A stretch of 64,000 nucleotides of DNA from the NCBI GenBank assembly GCA_044440125.1, contig JBITAJ010000029.1, positions 192,001 to 256,000 of the forward strand, given 5' to 3'. A model generated the notes under the pieces. That model was not told the origin of the DNA and searched no databases. It saw only the letters and a program-made list of their open reading frames with translations. Positions within the stretch are counted from its first letter, which is position 1; each line of letters begins with the position of its first letter. The DNA is from Sedimentisphaeraceae bacterium JB056 (GTDB lineage: Bacteria; Planctomycetota; Phycisphaerae; Sedimentisphaerales; Sedimentisphaeraceae). The position numbers and the translations under genes are program-made. Of the stretch, positions 9,549-19,832 are shown piece by piece.

Positions 9549-10286
9549 ATGGAGCATTATGTTATATTAATTTTAATTCTGTCTGTATCCGCTTTTCTTC
9601 AAAGCATTGCAGGTTTTGGATTTTCTCTAATTGCATTGCCCCTTATGCTGACTGCAAACGTTGGTTTTGTTGATGCTGTAATGCTTTGTGTTGTGTGTTC
9701 AGCATTTCAGAAAATAATATCCCTTATTTGTTTAAGAGAGCATATTGACAGAGTTCTGATCAAACAATTATTATTGTGGGGCTGTGTCGGAGTCGTCTTA
9801 GGGGTTGCTTGTTTACATTATGTCGCTGCCCTGACGCCTGCTGTGGTAAAAAAAATTGTAGCGATACTTATATTGTTTATCTTGGCAATCAGATGGTTAG
9901 TTAAACTCAAGCCTTTAGAGCAAAGCTGTTGCCTTTTGAATTTTCTGGCATCTTTTACCGGAGGATTCTTGTGTGGATTTGCAAACATTGGTGGGCCTCC
10001 TATGGTAATGTTATCACTCTGTTATAACTGGACGGCCCCACAAATGCGTGTAATGGTTTTAGCTTTCGTTACTTTCCTCATGCCCGTTCAGCTTATTACA
10101 ATGCTTTTGACCTTTGGAGATAAAGTACTTGCCCCAGGTGTTCAGGGGTTAAGTTTTGCTCCTGTTGTAATCCTTTTTAGTTATGCGGGTGTGAGAGCAG
10201 GTAACAGGCTGAACGTATCTGCTATCAGAGTAGTTATGACCGGACTGCTGATTATTATTGCGGTAGTAAACCTTTTCGTGGTTTAA
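9549..10286 (+). CDS. TauE/SafE (TSUP) family membrane transporter
   Basis: Very hydrophobic; QSIAGFGFSL and GFANIGGPP motifs. Confidence 0.8.
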   Translation: MEHYVILILILSVSAFLQSIAGFGFSLIALPLMLTANVGFVDAVMLCVVCSAFQKIISLICLREHIDRVLIKQLLLWGCVGVVLGVACLHYVAALTPAVVKKIVAILILFILAIRWLVKLKPLEQSCCLLNFLASFTGGFLCGFANIGGPPMVMLSLCYNWTAPQMRVMVLAFVTFLMPVQLITMLLTFGDKVLAPGVQGLSFAPVVILFSYAGVRAGNRLNVSAIRVVMTGLLIIIAVVNLFVV

Positions 10287-10394
10287 TGCTATTAATTCTA
10301 TTGGGGAATCGTTGCAAATGCCAGTAGATAGGCAAGAGATGGTAACAGTAAGATATTCTGGTTGGCGAAAGCTGGATATATTTTGAAACCCAAT

Positions 10395-12668
10395 TTATTT
10401 AAGCCATTCGCTGGCTAATGTGCTTAAGTCTTCAATGTCTATATTCCCATTTTTGTTTATGTCGGCTATTGAAGAAATCAGGAATATGTCAGTTTTGCCC
10501 TCAGTTGTTGCAATACTAAAATCTGATATGTTTTTGCCTATGTAGGCGTTATTTATTACATCAAAAACGTCCGATTTTCTTGGTAATTTTATTTGATTTG
10601 TATGGTTAGCAGTGCCGTGAATCATTATCCAGTTATCATTAGCATTTAACACGTCATTGGTTTCGCTGTAGACATGAACACCGGCATCTGTGTATATTTT
10701 TCTGAGTATTTCTGTCGGTATTCCTGATGTTGCGGAATATACGCTCTTCCAGTTTCCCATATTTTTGCTTATTAGAGCGGGTTGTCCATCTGAGTATTTC
10801 CCCCAGATTAATACACCGGTGCTTTCTGGCACAAATCTTGGGCTTAGAGTTTTTATTCCTTGCCCGCTATTGCCCTTAAAGCTTGTCGGGGCATTTGGGA
10901 ATATACTGTTTTGTACAGTAATTTCTTCAAAGCTATCGCTGTTTATGCTGAAGTCGATACCTATCAACTGTTCCATGGATGTTTCACTGAAATCATGGTT
11001 TTGCACATAATCAGCGGCGTATATCCATACTAATGTATGGTTGTTTGCTTTGAGATTTTGTATTGATGCTCTCTGTGAATCAGTCAGATAGAAGCAACCA
11101 AGGAATATATATACTTTGTGTTCCGGTATAAGGCCTTCCTCGAGATCTTCTATCAGGTAATTATTGAAAGGAGCACCTGCTGTTGCTAATGTTCGTTTGA
11201 GCGTAAGGGCAAAATTGGCACCTAACTGCGAGTTAGGATTGGTGTTGGCGATGTAGAATTCACTTTGTTGAGATGTTATTACGGCTACATTATTTATACG
11301 ACTGCGATCGAATTTCAGTGACTCATCTGCCCACTTTTTGATATTGTCAAAGTTGGTCAGTATTGGATTGTCAGGGTCGTATTCAGTAGTTGCAGGATCA
11401 TCGTACCATTTCCCTGAGGATTGATCCATATACCAACCGCCGGTGCCTTGTGTTAATATATGTCCGAATGCACGATTCAATACTTGCAGGTCTTCTTCGA
11501 TAGTAGTGGTATATACACATGGATAATCGGGGTCGATATAGTTTGCGTAATGTGTTCTTACATCAGCTTCATCCATAAAAAGTTTACCGTTTGCAGCAAC
11601 ACTGTCTGGGTAGTGTCTAAACATGCCATGGCCGCCTAAAAATCTGTCAGTATATGAATGCGGGCTTGCAAACATGTCAACACTGTTAAGCCTGAATGCT
11701 GCGGCTGATGCTCGGTGGTCGATTTGTTGAGACATATAGGGCATATCAGGTTCGTATCCGTATAGGATGCATGTTGCGAGCTCTCCATTACTTTCATCTT
11801 TTACTATTTGACAGAAGTGATCAATTGCATCTACTGCCGATTGGTGATATGCCTCATAGTAATCAAATACCTGATTACCGGTTGGGTTCAAGAACACACC
11901 ATTGGTCGGCGTTGTCATTGCTTCCAGTGTCGGGAATGGAGCAGTCTCAAACGTTACGTAAGGCCAGTTCCAAGATGTTCTTAGAGCTTCTATGTCGTTG
12001 TTGTATTTTTCTTTGAGGTAGTTTCTGAAGTAAACAAGCATTGGCTCGCTTACATCCGGTATGTTTTCTGCTCTGTATCTGTGCCATTCGCCCCACATGC
12101 CGTTAGCTATATGAATAGCTTTTACGCGGTTGGGATATTTCTCTAATAAAAATCTTACTGCCTGTCTCAAAATCTCACCGGCTTCATTTTTCCATTTCTC
12201 TGATGCGAAGGATTCGTGTATAGCGGCATTGCCCGGCGCATAAGTGGAGTCAGCAGGTGATACTGCATCGTCTGGTGGTATCATGTATTCTACGCATTCG
12301 TTCGGGTTGTCGATTAGCCACCATGTTGGTGCCCATACGTGAATTCGGGGCATTAAATAACAATCTTGCGGCATGCGGGCGTTGAAATACATCATGACTT
12401 TGTTAAGCATGCCTTTGTCGTCAAAGCCGTCTCTTTCCCAGTCGAGATCGAGAAAATGATTGATTTCTATTGAAGAATAGAGTTTAAAACCGGCTTGAGC
12501 AAATCTTGGACCATCGTTAACGTTAATTTCCTGTTGAAAAAGAAAAATAGGGGCTTCTGGTTGGCCATTTATATTGAATGCTTTGGCGCCGCCAGCGTCA
12601 GTCATTGGCTGAGCGAGAGATATTCTTGCTATTACAAGTGCTGATAAAATAAGTGTTTTAAACCTCAT
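10395..12668 (-). CDS. Secreted clan GH-A glycoside hydrolase (GH42-like) with C-terminal single dockerin-like motif
   Basis: AGGAG RBS and ATG at 12668; signal peptide; GEWH acid/base-like and FMDEAD nucleophile-like motifs; tail ADINKNGNIDIEDLSTLASEWL. Confidence 0.7.
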   Translation of the reverse strand: MRFKTLILSALVIARISLAQPMTDAGGAKAFNINGQPEAPIFLFQQEINVNDGPRFAQAGFKLYSSIEINHFLDLDWERDGFDDKGMLNKVMMYFNARMPQDCYLMPRIHVWAPTWWLIDNPNECVEYMIPPDDAVSPADSTYAPGNAAIHESFASEKWKNEAGEILRQAVRFLLEKYPNRVKAIHIANGMWGEWHRYRAENIPDVSEPMLVYFRNYLKEKYNNDIEALRTSWNWPYVTFETAPFPTLEAMTTPTNGVFLNPTGNQVFDYYEAYHQSAVDAIDHFCQIVKDESNGELATCILYGYEPDMPYMSQQIDHRASAAAFRLNSVDMFASPHSYTDRFLGGHGMFRHYPDSVAANGKLFMDEADVRTHYANYIDPDYPCVYTTTIEEDLQVLNRAFGHILTQGTGGWYMDQSSGKWYDDPATTEYDPDNPILTNFDNIKKWADESLKFDRSRINNVAVITSQQSEFYIANTNPNSQLGANFALTLKRTLATAGAPFNNYLIEDLEEGLIPEHKVYIFLGCFYLTDSQRASIQNLKANNHTLVWIYAADYVQNHDFSETSMEQLIGIDFSINSDSFEEITVQNSIFPNAPTSFKGNSGQGIKTLSPRFVPESTGVLIWGKYSDGQPALISKNMGNWKSVYSATSGIPTEILRKIYTDAGVHVYSETNDVLNANDNWIMIHGTANHTNQIKLPRKSDVFDVINNAYIGKNISDFSIATTEGKTDIFLISSIADINKNGNIDIEDLSTLASEWLK

Positions 12669-12853
12669 TTGGGGTCTCCTTTTATTTGTAATCAGAGAAT
12701 TTTTATTCTGTATCTTATCGCATTGTATAATATTTACGAAATAATGCAAGTGTTTGCGTTATTTTTGTGTTTTTTTATTGTGAAATATGCTATTTACTTT
12801 GTTTTTGATGTTTAAATGCTGTTTTTAAATTTCGCAATCGTTTGCTTTTTTGC

Positions 12854-12882
12854 TTGACTTGAGTTGTTTGATTTGGTAAAGT
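12854..12882 (+). promoter_or_regulatory. Putative sigma70 promoter
   Basis: TTGACT-17 nt-TAAAGT with TG extension, upstream of 12983. Confidence 0.45.
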
Positions 12883-12982
12883 GTTTTAAGAGTGATGAAG
12901 CGGCGAGTTATTTTGAAAGTTTATTCTGCCGATTTTGTCGAAGTGATTTATATAATTTACTAATCCACAAGGAGAGCGTTAA

Positions 12983-13873
12983 ATGAAAACAGTTAAGTTG
13001 TTAATTGTAATGGTTTCTGTGCTGGTATATTCGTCTGCAGCGATGGCGCTGCATGAAAATGCCACATACAGTTGGAATCCTTCAGAAACAGAGCATGACT
13101 GGGTGAGTGTAAATCGTTGGGCTATATTTGAAGGCAGTTGGATATATCCTTTTGATTCCGTTCCCGGGGCTACTAACACAGTGGATATGGGCAACAGTTC
13201 GCCTGTTAATTATGCAGAGATTCCTGTTGGTGCAACTGCACAGTGCCTGCATCTTTATGTTGGAAGCGGCAGTGATGATACATTGATTGTTAACGGTACA
13301 CTGAATGTTAATGGTGATTTTGTGTTTGGCTCCGGAGCGGGTGATAGCGGTACTGCTGTTGTAACAGTGAATTCTTCGGCAGATGTTAATTTTCTTGGGA
13401 AAATAGTGCCTTATAATTCAAATGCGGCTACAATCTGCAAGCTTGCCGTAAATGGCGGAACTGTTGATGTATCTGATATCATAGGTGTTCAGGCTCCTGC
13501 TAATTACCCTTCAAAGGTAGCTGTTGAGCTTAAGGGCGGTTCATTTAATCCTGGTTATGTAGCATTTTATGATGCAGGTGATGGAAGTAATTTCAGCATC
13601 GATATTGATGGTGGTGATCTTGTAATGAATAATTACGGTCATTTTACCAATGATCTTGTAGCAAAGGGCTGTATTCTTGCTTCAGGCAATGTTGTTACTG
13701 TTGATAATATGGCTGAAATGCTTGAAGAGGATTGGTCTACTTATCCTGGCAAGGTAGCATTTCGTTCGAAGGTTCCTGTTGTTTATGAGGCTGATTTTGA
13801 CGGAAACGGCAAGGTTGATCTTGCTGATTTTAGTATGTTTGCAAGCGAGTGGCTCAGGGTTAATGCTCAATAG
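12983..13873 (+). CDS. Secreted beta-solenoid-like protein with C-terminal dockerin-like motif
   Basis: Signal peptide; Gly/Asn-rich beta-strand repeats; tail ADFDGNGKVDLADFSMFASEWL. Confidence 0.7.
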   Translation: MKTVKLLIVMVSVLVYSSAAMALHENATYSWNPSETEHDWVSVNRWAIFEGSWIYPFDSVPGATNTVDMGNSSPVNYAEIPVGATAQCLHLYVGSGSDDTLIVNGTLNVNGDFVFGSGAGDSGTAVVTVNSSADVNFLGKIVPYNSNAATICKLAVNGGTVDVSDIIGVQAPANYPSKVAVELKGGSFNPGYVAFYDAGDGSNFSIDIDGGDLVMNNYGHFTNDLVAKGCILASGNVVTVDNMAEMLEEDWSTYPGKVAFRSKVPVVYEADFDGNGKVDLADFSMFASEWLRVNAQ

Positions 13874-13904
13874 AATGTTGGTTAAATAATTTGGAGATCA
13901 TAAG

Positions 13905-14828
13905 ATGAAAAATATATTGTTTTTAGCGGTTATTTTGGGTTTTGCAGCATCGTCTTTCGCTGTTTTCAGTTGGGAAAATGGTGACGGCAGTCATAGCTGG
14001 AATGTACCTAACAACTGGGCTAATAATACAACTGGAAGCTGGGTTTACGGCGTTTTGCCGGGACTTCTTGATGACGTGAATTTGTCAAACACATCTTCGG
14101 GCAGATATGTACAGATAAATGCAGGTGATGACATTGCAGTACAGGATGTAAGTTTGGGTTGGAATATTGATGGCTCTATGATAATTGACGGCGGCGATTT
14201 TCAGTGCAGAAATTTCTTTCTTGGTCTTGGCGATCAGGAAACAGGTGAAGTGAGTCTCATAGTTAACGGCGGAAATTTCTATAGCGTTTTTGATGGTCAG
14301 TTTGGCGGCAAAATCATGCCGTATAATTCAGATCCCAACTCAACTTCAAGAATCACAATGAACGGTGGACTTATTCAGCTTGACAATGCATTGGAGATAC
14401 TTGATGATTCTGCATATCAGGCAAAGCTTGCAGTTCAACTCTACGGTGGAATTTTTGATCCGAAATTTGTTGCAGTTCAGGGCGGTAGCGGTTCTAATCT
14501 ATCTATTGATATTGCCGGTGGTACCTTGCTTCTTGATACTATTGGAAATTTTCAGGATCTTGTAGGCTTGTATGATTCTGTATCTGTAAATGGTGAAAAA
14601 CTTGTTTGGGATGATGTAGTAGGCCAGATCGATCCTGATACAGGCGAGCCTGATCCAGAGATTCCTAATCCTGAAAAGCTTATATATGACCTTGAAACTT
14701 ATCCCGGCAGAGTCGCTATAACTGCTTCGTATGTTGTACCTGAAGCGAAATATGACCTTGAAGCTGACGGTGTTCTTGATGCAAAGGATATTGTGGTAAT
14801 GGCACAGCAGTGGCTTGCGGGTAATTGA
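13905..14828 (+). CDS. Secreted paralog of 12983-13873 with dockerin-like tail
   Basis: Shared GKI(V/M)PYNS, K(V/L)AV(E/Q)L.GG.F.P, SIDI.GG and TYPG segments; tail YDLEADGVLDAKDIVVMAQQWL. Confidence 0.7.
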   Translation: MKNILFLAVILGFAASSFAVFSWENGDGSHSWNVPNNWANNTTGSWVYGVLPGLLDDVNLSNTSSGRYVQINAGDDIAVQDVSLGWNIDGSMIIDGGDFQCRNFFLGLGDQETGEVSLIVNGGNFYSVFDGQFGGKIMPYNSDPNSTSRITMNGGLIQLDNALEILDDSAYQAKLAVQLYGGIFDPKFVAVQGGSGSNLSIDIAGGTLLLDTIGNFQDLVGLYDSVSVNGEKLVWDDVVGQIDPDTGEPDPEIPNPEKLIYDLETYPGRVAITASYVVPEAKYDLEADGVLDAKDIVVMAQQWLAGN

Positions 14829-14836
14829 TATTGTTT

Positions 14837-14863
14837 TGCGACCCGGATATAGTTCGGGTCGCA
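14837..14863 (+). other. Intergenic stem-loop upstream of prepilin gene
   Basis: TGCGACCCGGA-tatag-TTCGGGTCGCA; no U-tract. Confidence 0.7.
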
Positions 14864-14886
14864 GTTAAATACAGAATGGAGATTTT

Positions 14887-15792
14887 ATGAGAGTGATGAA
14901 GCAAAAAAAAGCTTTTACATTGATTGAGCTTCTGGTGGTTATATCAATAATTGCCATTTTGATGAGTATTTTAATGCCTGCTATGACAAAAGTACGTAGT
15001 CAGGCGAAGGCGTTGGTTTGCGGTACGAGGCTAAAGGACATCGCTCCTGCTGTCAATATGTACATAAATGATAATAACGGTGATATTCCCGCCTCATTTG
15101 CGATGAGTGCCGAAGAAGCAGCCAATGATGTTGCTACGACATGGATCGATCGTATCGCAAGCTATTATTATATGAAGAATACTGCTGACGGCGGTTTTGA
15201 AACATCCGCTCATAACACAAAGTATTTCCGCTGTCCAACACAGGAATATGTGTTGAAGATGGAAAAAGAGGCGGTTAATTCCAATTCTCCTTATATGACA
15301 AGTCCTAAGACCGGTATAAAATATAAGATGACTCCCGGTGCCGGTACTTACGGCATGAATGCTTTCTTTTCCGGTCGTGGGGCTGTAAGTGGCTATAAAG
15401 AACTGAATTTTCGTAAATATTCAAAAATTAAAGGCCCTTCTTCTGTGCCAATGGTTTCAGATGTCGCAGCAGAAGCCCGTTATGGCGGTTATAATGGAGA
15501 ATTGTCCACAAAGCAGCCAACTACAGATATGGGCGGCTGGTATCTTGTCCCAGATGCTCCGCATCCTATTGCCTACCTTTATGGCTGGACGGGGGATGGC
15601 TATGAAGGACGGGTGAAAGATAATTATCATGGTCCTGCTGCGGTACACGAAGGCAAGATAAATTATATGTTTAGTGATGGACATGTTGAGTTGAAGAAAA
15701 ATGTATGGCCATGGTCGGATAATGATGATACTAAGTCAAAAGTCAATGTTTTCCATCCGCAAGGCAAACGAGAAGAACCAAAGTATTGGTAA
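14887..15792 (+). CDS. Prepilin-type N-terminal methylation / H-X9-DG domain protein
   Basis: [46 protein letters not shown]. Confidence 0.9.
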   Translation: MRVMKQKKAFTLIELLVVISIIAILMSILMPAMTKVRSQAKALVCGTRLKDIAPAVNMYINDNNGDIPASFAMSAEEAANDVATTWIDRIASYYYMKNTADGGFETSAHNTKYFRCPTQEYVLKMEKEAVNSNSPYMTSPKTGIKYKMTPGAGTYGMNAFFSGRGAVSGYKELNFRKYSKIKGPSSVPMVSDVAAEARYGGYNGELSTKQPTTDMGGWYLVPDAPHPIAYLYGWTGDGYEGRVKDNYHGPAAVHEGKINYMFSDGHVELKKNVWPWSDNDDTKSKVNVFHPQGKREEPKYW

Positions 15793-15808
15793 TTAAACAA
15801 CAATGACA

Positions 15809-15866
15809 GACAACGTTGACTTAATGCTGTTAATATCTTAAAATTGCAGTTGTTGTCTACGGTGTC
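15809..15866 (+). promoter_or_regulatory. Sigma70 promoter with two LacI-type operator candidates
   Basis: TTGACT(15816)-17 nt-TAAAAT(15839). GACAACGTTGAC (15809-15820) overlaps the -35; the related site GTCTACGGTGTC lies at 15855-15866. Confidence 0.6.
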
Positions 15867-15892
15867 GAATATTCATAGGATAGAGTAAAAAT

Positions 15893-16939
15893 ATGGGTGT
15901 TACAATTGCACAAATAGCAGAAGCTGTTGGCGTTCATGCTTCAACCGTTTCAAGGGCACTTAACGGCTCGGCGACTCTTTCTGATGCCAGATGTCAGGAG
16001 ATAAAGAGAGTAGCAGAGCAGTTAGGTTACAGGCCGAATCTTATGGCCAAAGCTCTGCAGGGGAAAAGGACTAATACAATAGGTATAATTGCCCCAAAGT
16101 TTACTGATATATATTCTGTTGCACTTTTCAATGAGCAGGAAGCTCTTTTGCGTGAGTTGGGATACATGAGTATTTTGACAATAACAGATTTTGAGCAGCA
16201 GAGTGAAATTGAAGCAATACGCGGCTTGCTTGACAGAAGTGTTGATGGTCTTTTAATGAATTATGCTACCAGAAACAGTGAAGTTATGGAGTATATAAAA
16301 GAGGTTGTTGATAAACGGAATGTTATTTTTTCAATTGTTGGTCAGGAATCTGGAGAAGGTGTCTTTGATACAGTAAATGTTGATATTTGTAAATGGTCCC
16401 AATTGCTTGTTGAGCATCTGATCGAAAAGGGACACAGGCGAATTGCGATTATAGTGGATGCTTTCGGAAGCGGTTATGATTTTGAAAAGGATACAAAGTA
16501 TATAGGTTATCGAAGGGCCCTCAAAGAAAATGGTATAGAGTTTGATGAGAAGCTTGTATTTTGTTCACACTTTGTTCATCAGGATGTTAACGAGCTTGTT
16601 CAGAGGATGATGTCGCTTAAAGATCGTCCTACCGCAATTTGTGCTTACAGTGACGAACTTGCAGGTGGATTACTTGGTTGTCTTAATGATGCCAGTTATG
16701 CCGTGCCTCAGGATGTTTCACTTGTCGGTTTTAATGATGACTGGTTCTCCGGTAAATATGCCGTTCCGCTTACGACCTGTAAGCTGCCTGCAGACAGGAT
16801 TGCCAAGGCAGCTGTGGATGCTATTATGACACGTCTCAATGACCCATTAGCAAAACCGCAGGAAATAATGTGCGAAAGTGAACTTGTAATAAGAAGTTCA
16901 GTTAAAGATATCAACAGTAGAGGTGCTGCTAATGAATAA
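15893..16939 (+). CDS. LacI family transcriptional regulator
   Basis: TIAQIAEAVGVHASTVSRALN HTH, YRPN hinge, VPQDVSLVGFND, LVIRSS. Confidence 0.95.
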   Translation: MGVTIAQIAEAVGVHASTVSRALNGSATLSDARCQEIKRVAEQLGYRPNLMAKALQGKRTNTIGIIAPKFTDIYSVALFNEQEALLRELGYMSILTITDFEQQSEIEAIRGLLDRSVDGLLMNYATRNSEVMEYIKEVVDKRNVIFSIVGQESGEGVFDTVNVDICKWSQLLVEHLIEKGHRRIAIIVDAFGSGYDFEKDTKYIGYRRALKENGIEFDEKLVFCSHFVHQDVNELVQRMMSLKDRPTAICAYSDELAGGLLGCLNDASYAVPQDVSLVGFNDDWFSGKYAVPLTTCKLPADRIAKAAVDAIMTRLNDPLAKPQEIMCESELVIRSSVKDINSRGAANE

Positions 16940-17828
16940 GATACCTGTAATTCTCGATACGGATATCGGGGGAGATATTGATGATACATGGGCATTAGGC
17001 ATGCTTATCAATACTCCTGAGCTCGATTTGAAACTCATATCCGTTGTAAGCCATGATGTTTTGTATAAAGCGAAAATTGTCTGTAAGTTTCTTGAACGAC
17101 TCGATAGGGCAGATGTTCCCGTTGCTATGGGCATTTCTACATCCGAAGAAACGGGTTGTCAGGAAGATTGGGTACAGGATTATTCTGTAGATCAGTATCC
17201 GGGAAATGTTTATGATGATGCTATTGACAGAATTGCTGAAATAGTGACACAGTCTGAAGAAACAGTTACCATTATATGTATTGGTACTATGACAAATATG
17301 GCTGCTTTTGCTGATAAGTATCCTGATTTGGTAAAAAAGATCAAGATAGTAGCGATGGCGGGAAGCATATACAAAGATGAATGCGGCAGGGAATCACCGA
17401 TACCGGAGTGTAATGTGGTATGGGATATTCCTGCGGCTCAGACTGTTTTCAGTAGTCAGTGGGATATAACACTTGCTCCTCTTGATGTGGGAGTGAGTGC
17501 AAGGATTTACGGTAACGAATATGCGGCTGTTCGTGAAAGCGATAAAATTATTCCTCAGATGATAATTGAACAGTATGAGAACTGGACACGCATACATCCA
17601 GAGCTTGGCGGCAATCCACAACAGTTCAGTAGTAAGCTTTGGGATACTGTAGCCGTCTATCTTGCTTCAAAGAGAGAATTCATCGAACTTCGAAATATAC
17701 CGTTGGTCGTAACTGACAAGGGCTATACAAAAATAGATCCTGCTAATGGTAAGAATGTATTTGTAGGTCTTTCCTGGAAAGATTTACCCGGTTTTCAAAA
17801 ATATTTAGCTTCCACTCTGGTAAGCTGA
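16932..17828 (+). CDS. Inosine/uridine-preferring nucleoside hydrolase family protein
   Basis: VILDTDIGGDIDD, IGTMTN, ECNV, PLDV, LWD. Confidence 0.85.
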   Translation: MNKIPVILDTDIGGDIDDTWALGMLINTPELDLKLISVVSHDVLYKAKIVCKFLERLDRADVPVAMGISTSEETGCQEDWVQDYSVDQYPGNVYDDAIDRIAEIVTQSEETVTIICIGTMTNMAAFADKYPDLVKKIKIVAMAGSIYKDECGRESPIPECNVVWDIPAAQTVFSSQWDITLAPLDVGVSARIYGNEYAAVRESDKIIPQMIIEQYENWTRIHPELGGNPQQFSSKLWDTVAVYLASKREFIELRNIPLVVTDKGYTKIDPANGKNVFVGLSWKDLPGFQKYLASTLVS

Positions 17829-17920
17829 GTTCAAATTAAGAATCAAATTTGTTTGCTGGTGCATTTGTGCCGGCAATATCTTCCAGATAAAACTTTTTTC
17901 TAAAGGTGTATATTGTGAAT

Positions 17921-19816
17921 ATGTCGTTTTGGGATTGGTTTGTTGTAGCTGCATTTCTTCTCTGCCTCTATGTAATGTGTATGATATGCAAGAGGTATAT
18001 GAAGGGGGTTTCTGATTTTCTTGTTGCCGGACGAAATGTCGGTAAGTATCTTGGAATGACTTCCGGATCAATGGCAGGGCTTGGAGCTATAACAATTCTT
18101 GCTATGTGGCAGATGAGTTATAAGTCAGGTTTTGTGGGTACTTTTCTTTGGACATTTCAGTATCCTTTCAGTATTTTGCTGGCACTAAGCGGTTTTGCGA
18201 TTTACAGGTTTCGGCAGACTCGTGCTATGACAATACCGCAGCTTCTTGAAATGCGGTACAGTAAATCATTGCGTGTGTTCTGCGGACTTCTTACATATGT
18301 TTCCGGCGTGCTGAATATGGGGATATTTCCTGCTGTCGGTGCGAATTTTGTCTTGTATTTCTGCGGTTTTCCCACTCAGCTTCATTTTCTTGGACTGACA
18401 ATACCTACAGTTCTTATAATAATGCTTCTTCTGGTTGGGGTTTCTGTTTTGATCTGTTTTACAGGTGGCCAGGTAACTTTGATAATAACAGATTTTATTC
18501 AGGGTGTTTTTGTTAACCTGATGCTGCTTGTCTTTGTGGTTCTTGTGTTCAGAATGATATCATGGGATCAATTCTCCGAGGTTTATTTGTCTCTAAGTGC
18601 TAATGAGTCGATGATAAATCCGTTTACTAAAGGTCAAAGTGAATTTGATGCAAGATTCTTTTTGATCCAGATGTTCTGGATGATGTATCTTGTCGTAGCG
18701 TGGTCTCCTGATACAATGCAGGTTAGTTCGGCTAAGGATGCAAGAGAAGCGTTTCTAATGAAGGGTCTTGTGCAGTTTAAGTATCTTGCAGGTGCGAGCC
18801 TTGGATTGTTTGTACTTCCTTTAGCGGCTTTTGTTATTATGAATCATTCAGATTTTTCTGATATGGCGGCTAATGTTAACAATGTGCTTGCCAGTATTAC
18901 TAATCCAAGCGTGAGAAGTCAGCTAATTGTTCCGTCTGCTGTGGCTAATTTTCTGCCTGTAGGACTTCTGGGTGCTTTTCTTTCTGTTGTACTCTTTGCT
19001 TTTATAAGCACGCATGATACTTATATGCTTGCATGGGGCGGTGTACTGATCCAGGATGTTGTGATGCCTTTGAAAAAGAAGAAACTTACGCCGCGTCAGC
19101 ATCTTGTATTGCTTCGCAGCTCGGTTATATTTGTTGCGGCTATCATCATTACATTCAGTATGAATTTTGAGATGACTGATAATATTCTGATGTTTCAGGC
19201 ACTTACAGGATCAATTTATACAGCCGGTGCGGGTGTGGTGATTATAGGTGCTTTATATTGGAAGAAGGCGACTGTTTCTGCGGCATGGTCGGCGATAATA
19301 ACCGGTACATCACTTGCTCTTATAGGATTTATCTATCGTTATAAGATCAATACAGAATTCCCTATGAACGGCACATATATTGCTTTTTACAGCTCCCTGA
19401 TAAGCTCAATAGTTTTTGTTGCTGTTTCCCTCTTTACGAATAAGGGTGAGTCGTTTGATCTTGACAAGATGCTTCACAGGGAAGAAGGTAAGGTTGAGCA
19501 GGAAAAAATAAAGTGGTGGCAGTTTACAAAAGGCTTTTCTCTTCATGATAAGATTGTATTCTGGGTGCTGCTTGGTTATGTTGCAGTGTATTCTCTTGTG
19601 CCGCTTGTCTTGTTTGTATTGTACAAGGCTTACGATTTTTCAGGGTTAGATTGGATGCTGTTCTGGAAAATATATATGATAGCAATGTTTATCAGTGGTG
19701 TACTTTTTGTGTGCTGGATAACAATTGGCGGTTTCAGAGATATGTTTGCTATGTTCAGATTCTGCAGACAGCAGGCGGTTGATGATAGCGATGATGGTTC
19801 TGTTGGTTCAAAATAA
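17921..19816 (+). CDS. Sodium:solute symporter family protein
   Basis: DFLVAGR, TIPQLLEMRYS, GGQVTLIITDFIQ, many TM helices. Confidence 0.9.
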   Translation: MSFWDWFVVAAFLLCLYVMCMICKRYMKGVSDFLVAGRNVGKYLGMTSGSMAGLGAITILAMWQMSYKSGFVGTFLWTFQYPFSILLALSGFAIYRFRQTRAMTIPQLLEMRYSKSLRVFCGLLTYVSGVLNMGIFPAVGANFVLYFCGFPTQLHFLGLTIPTVLIIMLLLVGVSVLICFTGGQVTLIITDFIQGVFVNLMLLVFVVLVFRMISWDQFSEVYLSLSANESMINPFTKGQSEFDARFFLIQMFWMMYLVVAWSPDTMQVSSAKDAREAFLMKGLVQFKYLAGASLGLFVLPLAAFVIMNHSDFSDMAANVNNVLASITNPSVRSQLIVPSAVANFLPVGLLGAFLSVVLFAFISTHDTYMLAWGGVLIQDVVMPLKKKKLTPRQHLVLLRSSVIFVAAIIITFSMNFEMTDNILMFQALTGSIYTAGAGVVIIGALYWKKATVSAAWSAIITGTSLALIGFIYRYKINTEFPMNGTYIAFYSSLISSIVFVAVSLFTNKGESFDLDKMLHREEGKVEQEKIKWWQFTKGFSLHDKIVFWVLLGYVAVYSLVPLVLFVLYKAYDFSGLDWMLFWKIYMIAMFISGVLFVCWITIGGFRDMFAMFRFCRQQAVDDSDDGSVGSK

Positions 19817-19832
19817 AATCAAGGGTGTGATT

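Noticed and set aside
14887..15792. Complete type II secretion or type IV pilus gene cluster
   Set aside because: Only isolated prepilin-like genes are present; there is no ATPase, secretin, platform protein or peptidase in the window.
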